From positions 1 through 31,613 of IMG/VR virus record IMGVR_UViG_3300037484_000865: a stretch of DNA of 31,613 nucleotides. One strand, 5' to 3'. This stretch comes from a virus. Lineage: Duplodnaviria > Caudoviricetes. Of this stretch, positions 25,625-31,613 are shown piece by piece (the stretch's first letter is position 1; each line of letters opens with the position of its first letter). The notes below the pieces were generated by a model. That model worked only from the letters and a program-made list of their open reading frames with translations. It had not been told where the DNA came from and did not search any database. A program made the translations under genes and the position numbers.

Positions 25625-28075
25625 TGCTTCGCTCCTTTTGTACTTGTCCTGCAAATATTGTATCAAATGAGGATATTGTTGTAAACCTGTTTCCCTACGG
25701 TTGCCCGTGTAGAAACGGTAAACAACGAGTTGTTCCTCAAGATGATAAAAACATACTCCAGCACGAGCAATCCTGATCCAGTAATCCCAATCTTCCCACG
25801 ACTCCATGTGCTCATCAAAGCCACCGATCTGGTTATGAAGCTGTCTGGAAGTCATGCTGGTGATCAGGTTCCAGATGTACATATCCTGCGGATCAGGCTG
25901 CATCTGCGCTTTGGGGCAGTTGTATGCCGCGCTTCTGTGGGCAATAACCGCCTCCGTTGTTTCTTTGTTGTAATGCAGTAAGCGCCCTTCCTTTTGCGCG
26001 GTACGCGCAAAATCATCGGACACAAACGCCTTGCCAACATAGTCGGTGTAGACCACGCCGCCAGTGGTAAGCCACATCTGGTACATCTTGTCAATCGCTT
26101 CGGGGTAAAGCCAGTCATCCGCATCCAGGAACAGCAGGACCGGTGCGCGTGCAATTGCCGCGCCTTTGTTCCTGGCCCAACCCGCGCCGCGATGTTTGTC
26201 CTTGTTGACGATCAATTTTATGTATGGGTAGGCCGCTTCCAGTTCAGCAAGAATACTCTCCAGTTCGCCAATCCTGCCTACATCGCCATCCCAGTTATCG
26301 AACACCACAATCGCTTCCCACTTGCGAAACGACTGCGACTCCAGGCTGTCCAGAGCGTCACGGACGTTGTCCTCATGTCCAGGACCAACCGGTATAATTA
26401 CGCTGACCAGTGGTTCATCGTACTGCCGCACAAGATGAGAGAAACCATTCTCAGGGCTTGCCAGTGACGCGAAGGGATGTTTTCCATCCTTTGTCCATGG
26501 GTGCATGTACAGCCAGTCAACCTCGTGGTATCCAGGCTTGCTGGTAAGACCCTCTCCAGCGTGGTAGATAAACAACCCTTCGTTAGTAATCTTCCTTGCG
26601 CCGAAGCCGTATGCGCCAGCACGAAGGAAAAACTCCGCATCCTCAGCACCTGCACCGCCCGGTGCGTAGCGCTGGTTGTAACCGCCCAGTCTTTCCCATA
26701 CTTCCCTTTTGTACACACAACAGGTAGGAACCTGATTTTGACGCTTTAGGAACCTGTCGTAGTTGTACTCCCCAGGCCATGCCGATAAACTGCTCGACCC
26801 GTCTGGCATTACCGCAGTAAGACCGGTATAGACGAGCGCAACCAAACGTTCGCTCTCCAGCGCGTCCACGCATTGTTCCAGAAAGCGCGGGGCGATCTCG
26901 TCATCCGCATCCAGACAGCACACGTACTTTGTGCTGGAGGATGATATACCCATATTTCTCGCGGTAGCAACGCCGCCGTTATCCTTGCGGATGTAGGTGG
27001 CATCATATGCCATACAGATATCCTTGGTGATCTCCGCGTTGGAAGCATTGGAGCCATCATCGACCACGATAATTTCGGATGTTTTGTACGTCTGGTTCTT
27101 TACGCTAATTATGGCACGTTCTACTTTGTCCGCGTAGTTGTAGCATGGGATGATCACCGAAACGCTGGGCGGTTCCACGTACAGAGCAGATTGCAGAACG
27201 TTGTGGAGCTTCTCTACACCCTTTCTCCAGGTGAACGCCTTAGCCATCTCCCTGCCGTTGTCTCCCAATGTGTCGTGATGTTTGATGCAGTATTCCATAC
27301 CCTCGCGCAAGCTGTCGAAGTCTCCCCGGTACGCAAGATATCCGTTTACACCGTGCACAACAAGATCCTCGATCCCTCCGCCGTGCCAACCCAACACCGG
27401 CGTACCTGCGGTAATTGCCTCCAGGATATCGATACCAAATGTTTCCTTCACCGTGGCGAGATAGATATTTGCTCCCTTAACGTACTTAATCATCTCGTCG
27501 TGCGGTTGGAGTCCAATCACGTGTACATTGCTGGGCCTGTGCGGGTTGCCAAACGTGGATAGGAACGTCATGTTTGGCGCAAGTGCGGCAAGACGTTCCA
27601 TGTCATCTGTACTGCATACGTCTACACCGGACCTGTTTTTGTTCCACAGCACATAAGGCATTGTTGGTTTTTCGACTGGCGTTTGCCACAAGTCCCACTC
27701 GATACCGTGCGGTACTACGGTTGGCGAGAAACGCATGTCGCGCTGGAAGACTTCCTTGACCCAATTAGATGGGACCGTAACCTGCCGCGCACCGCGAATT
27801 GCGGTGATGATTTCATGGTTGACATTTGACTCCCACTTTGGCGCGCGAACGCCGTAATCTGCGGTGAAGTAAAGACCGTGACAAACCACAACCTCCGGAC
27901 CCTGCATGGACCCTGCGTGAGAGATGCTCAGGTCCGCGCTTTCCCGATCGTCCACAAACTCGTATCCATAATCTGGCAGGTATCGTTCGTACGCTTCCAC
28001 GACCCGTTTGATACCGCTCTCCTCATCGCCCATCGACGCCACGTTCGGGCGCATATACAGCCTGACTTTATTCAT
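25031..28075 (-). CDS. Multidomain glycosyltransferase GT4-GT2-GT2 plus CxxC domain and tandem HhH, 1014 aa
   Basis: GT4: ETFGIDILEAITAGTPV. GT2 #1: VSVIIPCYN, IIVVDDGS, CLDADD, AEDAEF. GT2 #2: VSVIIPV, FLDADD, GGFDE..WEDWD. HhH: LQQIPGIS, LMTVKGIG. ATGA coupling places the start at 28075. Confidence 0.9.
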   Translation of the reverse strand: MNKVRLYMRPNVASMGDEESGIKRVVEAYERYLPDYGYEFVDDRESADLSISHAGSMQGPEVVVCHGLYFTADYGVRAPKWESNVNHEIITAIRGARQVTVPSNWVKEVFQRDMRFSPTVVPHGIEWDLWQTPVEKPTMPYVLWNKNRSGVDVCSTDDMERLAALAPNMTFLSTFGNPHRPSNVHVIGLQPHDEMIKYVKGANIYLATVKETFGIDILEAITAGTPVLGWHGGGIEDLVVHGVNGYLAYRGDFDSLREGMEYCIKHHDTLGDNGREMAKAFTWRKGVEKLHNVLQSALYVEPPSVSVIIPCYNYADKVERAIISVKNQTYKTSEIIVVDDGSNASNAEITKDICMAYDATYIRKDNGGVATARNMGISSSSTKYVCCLDADDEIAPRFLEQCVDALESERLVALVYTGLTAVMPDGSSSLSAWPGEYNYDRFLKRQNQVPTCCVYKREVWERLGGYNQRYAPGGAGAEDAEFFLRAGAYGFGARKITNEGLFIYHAGEGLTSKPGYHEVDWLYMHPWTKDGKHPFASLASPENGFSHLVRQYDEPLVSVIIPVGPGHEDNVRDALDSLESQSFRKWEAIVVFDNWDGDVGRIGELESILAELEAAYPYIKLIVNKDKHRGAGWARNKGAAIARAPVLLFLDADDWLYPEAIDKMYQMWLTTGGVVYTDYVGKAFVSDDFARTAQKEGRLLHYNKETTEAVIAHRSAAYNCPKAQMQPDPQDMYIWNLITSMTSRQLHNQIGGFDEHMESWEDWDYWIRIARAGVCFYHLEEQLVVYRFYTGNRRETGLQQYPHLIQYLQDKYKRSEAMACTGCGKKNAANPNPSHIIEPVQQQVDQMSDNDFILISYNHPNLGQHRVVGASTKTNYGYRGGGGSERFYVHRSDIAANPKLFVPVAANPVIGLKVETPPAPAALVETIPNNPEPIPNNPEPKDVEAEKPYVRMGIKDTIDLQQIPGISGVITKELNLIGIHTAEELKMLSIEELMTVKGIGRNKALIIKEYLDEL
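25257..25298. repeat. Tandem repeat, 4 x GTTCGGGATT in alternating 11/10-bp units (encodes IPNNPEP x2)
   Basis: Read directly from the sequence. Confidence 0.9.
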
Positions 28076-28878
28076 GTCGCATTTATCCCATCTCTTGAAC
28101 CAACCCGATAGTAATGCTCGTGGAACCACTTGCTTGGGTGCATCCGAGACTCCCATGTATACTGCGGCCTATCTCTCATAAACGACCCGAAATACGCGTT
28201 CAGATCCTCGCCTTCCCAAATTGCCTGATGCACAATCAGGCAGTGATAAGGCTGGAGTGTATCAAAGATCATCTCCCTGTTACGCGGCTTTGTTTCCGAT
28301 AGGGAGTAAGACGCGATAAAAAGGTCCGGCTCCTTAAGCGCACCAGCGTGGTTCCAGTTACTCATGCTGATGGTCTCGGCTTCACAGCCTACCTTATCCA
28401 GGTAGTAGCGCTGGATCAAAGATACAACCGGCAGGTCGTAAATGACGTACTTGCCCGTAAAACCAAGACGACGAGCAACAACCGCCATTCCACCGTAACC
28501 ACCGCCAAACTCAACGATGCTATGAATGTCCCGCATGTCAACTTTTGACAACTCCATGAACTTGCAAAGATGGAACGCCTGATGGCTGTATGTTGCGCTT
28601 ACGGATGTTCCCTCTATCATAGGTGGGTTGCCTACGCGACTGTCGATAATCCTGTTCTTAATATCTTCGGGTAGTGAGTTGTATTCTTCACGGATATAAA
28701 AACAGTCTCCTACCACCATCGTAGCGATCATCGTTGACCAGCGCAGGAACTCGTCCATGGGTTCGTTGAGAATATGTTCACGAATATGGGACTCGTAGGA
28801 TGGCCACGCGCCGTGCATACTAATGTACGGGTCTCCAGTCATTGACCGCGCCAGTTTTTTTATCTCGTCATCTTTCAT
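28072..28878 (-). CDS. Putative sugar O-methyltransferase (NanM-like)
   Basis: IVEFGGGYGG, YVIYDLP..SLIQRYYL, DLFIASYSLSE. Confidence 0.8.
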   Translation of the reverse strand: MKDDEIKKLARSMTGDPYISMHGAWPSYESHIREHILNEPMDEFLRWSTMIATMVVGDCFYIREEYNSLPEDIKNRIIDSRVGNPPMIEGTSVSATYSHQAFHLCKFMELSKVDMRDIHSIVEFGGGYGGMAVVARRLGFTGKYVIYDLPVVSLIQRYYLDKVGCEAETISMSNWNHAGALKEPDLFIASYSLSETKPRNREMIFDTLQPYHCLIVHQAIWEGEDLNAYFGSFMRDRPQYTWESRMHPSKWFHEHYYRVGSRDGINAT

Positions 28879-30065
28879 AATATTTTATTTTCATCCACGT
28901 ACTCCGAGATACAGTCCGCCACGTAGTCCATATCATCCGGCGTGAGGTCCTGGTGACATCCCACATAGAACCCATTCTTTGCGATCCAGTCCGACACGGG
29001 GTATTCGCAAGGGTCAATCATCTTGTACGCGGGTTGGTACAAAAGGGAAGGCATGTCGCGCGTCTGGATGCCGCGCTGGTTAAGATACTTTGTCATGTGG
29101 CTCTTGTCGCACAGCGCCCCGGTATCCGTTGGGAACAGCACAATTGGAAACATCATCCAGGCGTGCGTGTTCCCGTCGTCCACGTATCCACACTGCAAGC
29201 CTTCCAGCATGGACAGGCGGGCCGTAAGGTGATGCGCGTTTCTTCGCCTGATGCGGATAATATCTTTCCAGTCTTCCAATTGCGCCACCGCCACAGCCGC
29301 CTCAAATTCCGTGATCCTGTAGCTGTACCCTACCGTATCGAATTGGAAACTTCTACCCATCATAGGCATGGGAGAGAAGTAATCGTCCACGTTTAGCTGG
29401 CTGATCGACAGACCGTGGTTGACAAGCGACCGCATCTTTGCGGCATAATCAGGGTTGGATGTAATCGACAATCCACCTACGCCGCCCACCAGGATGTGCG
29501 CGACATACATGGAGAAGCAGCCAATGTCACCTATTGACCCAACGGGTTTGCCAAAGTGAGTGGCAAACATAGTCTCGCAACTATCCTCCACAATATGTAA
29601 CCCGTTTGCGTGAGCAATGTTAAGGATGGACGTCATATCCGATGGCTGGCCAAACATATGTACGGGAATGATTGCTACCGTGTCATCGTCGACGTTTTCT
29701 GAAACAGAACGGATATCAATGTTGTAGGTCAGCGCGTCTACATCCACAACGCAAGGTACAAGGGAGCAGTGCCGGACGATGTTCGCGGTGGCAACAAACG
29801 TGGTCGCCGGGACGATGACGCGGCTCCCGTCCTTCCATCCGTGAAGTTCTTTGAGCGTCTGCAAAGCAACCTGCAATGAGGATGTTCCACTATTCGACAG
29901 CACTCCGTACTTGCATCCGTGCAAATCGGAAAACTCTCTCTCCAGTCGTTTAGAGTAATTTCCATAGCTAATCTGCCCTGAGTCCAATACGTTGTTGATA
30001 TTCTCTCTCATCCGTGGCGTAGCACGGAATGTTCCAACCGTTACATTATGCGCTTGTGTTGTCAT
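28875..30065 (-). CDS. DegT/DnrJ/EryC1/StrS-fold PLP enzyme with His at the catalytic Lys position (ColD/E1-type dehydratase-like)
   Basis: NSGTSSL, VIVPATTFVAT, IIPVHMFG, IVEDSCE, FSMYVAHILVGGVGG, GYSYRITE. ATGA coupling at 30065. Confidence 0.85.
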   Translation of the reverse strand: MTTQAHNVTVGTFRATPRMRENINNVLDSGQISYGNYSKRLEREFSDLHGCKYGVLSNSGTSSLQVALQTLKELHGWKDGSRVIVPATTFVATANIVRHCSLVPCVVDVDALTYNIDIRSVSENVDDDTVAIIPVHMFGQPSDMTSILNIAHANGLHIVEDSCETMFATHFGKPVGSIGDIGCFSMYVAHILVGGVGGLSITSNPDYAAKMRSLVNHGLSISQLNVDDYFSPMPMMGRSFQFDTVGYSYRITEFEAAVAVAQLEDWKDIIRIRRRNAHHLTARLSMLEGLQCGYVDDGNTHAWMMFPIVLFPTDTGALCDKSHMTKYLNQRGIQTRDMPSLLYQPAYKMIDPCEYPVSDWIAKNGFYVGCHQDLTPDDMDYVADCISEYVDENKIL

Positions 30066-30787
30066 TGGATCCCCCAATGGGAAAGGTAGCCAAGTCTCTT
30101 GATATCGTTGAGATCCTCTTCTTTTAGCCCGTCCGTCAAAACTGTGCTGTGATCCCTGGCCCTTAACCCAAGCGTGATGCTCAACGGGTTTTGTCTTGTT
30201 CCGACAACCGACAGGTCAGGAAAGTTCCTACCGAGCCTCGTGGAGCCAGTGATCTCCATATCGTGCGGCGACTCGCCTGGAACCATTACGCGCAGGAGGT
30301 TCTCGTTGCTCCACAATCCCGGCCACAGGCTCATGTGGTACGCAGAGTTTGGATCACTTTTGATGATGTCTAGATATTGGTGTGTATCGTAGTGCATGTT
30401 TGTACCGCCAGCATACAGCCGATCCGTAGATAAGTCTGCTTTGAGGACGTCCTTATTTCTGCGCATATAATCTGCCAGATACGCAACTGCTTCCGTGTTT
30501 ACCGGGCGTGTCAACCAGTAGTCCTCCAGCATCAACACAAAAACATCGTCCTTGAAGTACTCCAGCGTTACATACAGCGCGTCGCTCCACCGGTTGAACG
30601 GGAAGTCTGCCTGACTCCCGGCAGAGAAGAAGGTGAAGTTTTCTGGCAAAGAAAAGTCGGGCGGTGAAAAGCCCGACACGACCACAGATGGATTTGGATG
30701 CCAATATTTATTGACAAGATGTGAAAAAACCTGGACTGCGTGAATGTATTTATCGCTCGTCATTACGAGGATGCGGTAATCAGACAT
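30062..30787 (-). CDS. Putative GT-A fold glycosyltransferase
   Basis: AAGGAGG SD before ATG 30787. ILVMTSDKY, WSDAL, VLMLEDYWL, SLWPGLW, ESPHDME pattern is recalled from polysaccharide-locus proteins. Confidence 0.65.
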   Translation of the reverse strand: MSDYRILVMTSDKYIHAVQVFSHLVNKYWHPNPSVVVSGFSPPDFSLPENFTFFSAGSQADFPFNRWSDALYVTLEYFKDDVFVLMLEDYWLTRPVNTEAVAYLADYMRRNKDVLKADLSTDRLYAGGTNMHYDTHQYLDIIKSDPNSAYHMSLWPGLWSNENLLRVMVPGESPHDMEITGSTRLGRNFPDLSVVGTRQNPLSITLGLRARDHSTVLTDGLKEEDLNDIKRLGYLSHWGIQ

Positions 30788-30887
30788 GGTTCCTCCTTGC
30801 GAAACCGTAACAAATATACATACATAATATCCCATAACCATCGTGATGAAAAGAGGATGTTTGCATGACACTGGCAAAGATAAGTAC

Positions 30888-30916
30888 TTGACTCTCCACT
30901 ACCTATGACTTATAAT
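30888..30916 (+). promoter_or_regulatory. sigma70-type promoter
   Basis: TTGACT (30888-30893), 17-nt spacer, TATAAT (30911-30916). Confidence 0.85.
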
Positions 30917-30953
30917 AGAGATAGCTTAGAAACACTAGGCTCCTTATTTTGGG

Positions 30954-31178
30954 TAGGCTAGGCGGGGTTGGTGGTATTGCCCCGCCTAGCCTAACAATCA
31001 ACAATAACCACCAGAACCTTACCATCTTTGTCTGCTGTCTGCTGGCGTTGAGTGCGCAATCTGCGTAACGGCGGTCTTGGTCGCCCGCCCGATTATTGGT
31101 TGTTAATCTCCTGAGAGTGTGTGCTGTGTGTCCAGAAATACCGGTACTACCATTCAGCGCCAGCCAACAGCAGACAAA
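30954..31178 (+). ncRNA. Candidate structured RNA / 5' leader of unknown class
   Basis: 14-bp hairpin at 30954-30993, plus a 28-position stem 31027-31054/31151-31178 enclosing small hairpins. Confidence 0.55.
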
Positions 31179-31202
31179 AAAATAAAAAGGAGACGAAACA
31201 AA

Positions 31203-31565
31203 ATGACCAAAAGTGTAAGAAACGTAGTTGTGGCGATCTTGATCATGGCGTCCATGATCTTGATGGCGGCTGAACCGAGTCCAGAAGGATCAACGATCGG
31301 CGGGACGTACAGCCCACCGCAAGGCAAGTCGGCAATTCATCGTTCGATCACCTGGACCGGCGTGACCAGCAAAGTGGTTGTGTACAGCGAGGACAGTTTG
31401 GTACAGCCCGGTGACTGCACTTACGTGACAGAGGAACAGTGCAAGTTCATGAATTGGGAAGCAGAACAGGCAGAAATTTACCCTGATTACTGGGATGCCT
31501 ATCCAGCCGTTGTCCCTGTTTATGATGACACCGCCCCGCCAAGTTTTGCGTATCCGCAACCATAA
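31203..31565 (+). CDS. Secreted or membrane-anchored hypothetical protein, 120 aa
   Basis: AAAGGAG SD; signal-peptide-like N-terminus MTKSVRNVVVAILIMASMILMAA; two Cys; Pro/Tyr-rich C-terminus. Confidence 0.75.
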   Translation: MTKSVRNVVVAILIMASMILMAAEPSPEGSTIGGTYSPPQGKSAIHRSITWTGVTSKVVVYSEDSLVQPGDCTYVTEEQCKFMNWEAEQAEIYPDYWDAYPAVVPVYDDTAPPSFAYPQP

Positions 31566-31613
31566 CAAGACAAGAGACAAGATAGGGTCGTGGGTTGGTA
31601 AGCTACGGAGCAT

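Noticed and set aside
31105-31145. CTGAGAG...GAAA as a hammerhead core, or CTCTCAGG (- strand) as a glycine riboswitch
   Set aside because: The core is not CUGANGA and has no stem II; the other conserved glycine-aptamer motifs are absent.
1-31613. Stop-codon reassignment
   Set aside because: Genes are intact under code 11, and TAA, TAG and TGA all end well-packed genes.

Overview
A segment of a tailed dsDNA phage or prophage (siphovirus-like; the host cannot be fixed from sequence). The left end holds a partial primase-type Zn-ribbon gene and two divergent near-consensus sigma70 promoters. A + strand run of small hypothetical and Zn-finger genes (676-4276) follows and ends at a bidirectional terminator. 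One tightly packed - strand block (30787 down to 4325) carries, in transcription order: (1) a sugar-modification cluster with a GT-A enzyme, a His-for-Lys DegT/ColD-like enzyme, a sugar O-methyltransferase, a GT4-GT2-GT2-CxxC-HhH fusion with an apparent internal start, a DUF1360-like membrane protein, a SAM methyltransferase and a GT2-like enzyme; (2) interleaved beta-rich putative virion accessory proteins, including a 17-repeat acidic Ser/Thr/Val protein; (3) a putative head-tail connector, a tail tube protein fused to an Asp-box propeller, a chaperone pair linked by a probable +1 frameshift, tape measure, Dit, hub, fibre, holin and a baseplate-like gene. At the right end a divergent promoter drives a long, highly structured leader and a secreted protein. 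No capsid, portal, terminase, endolysin, integrase, RT, tRNA or CRISPR array is recognisable. The best candidate for a new system is a phage-encoded virion glycosylation module coupled to a repeat-templated accessory fibre. All family calls come from motif recognition by eye, not from database searches.
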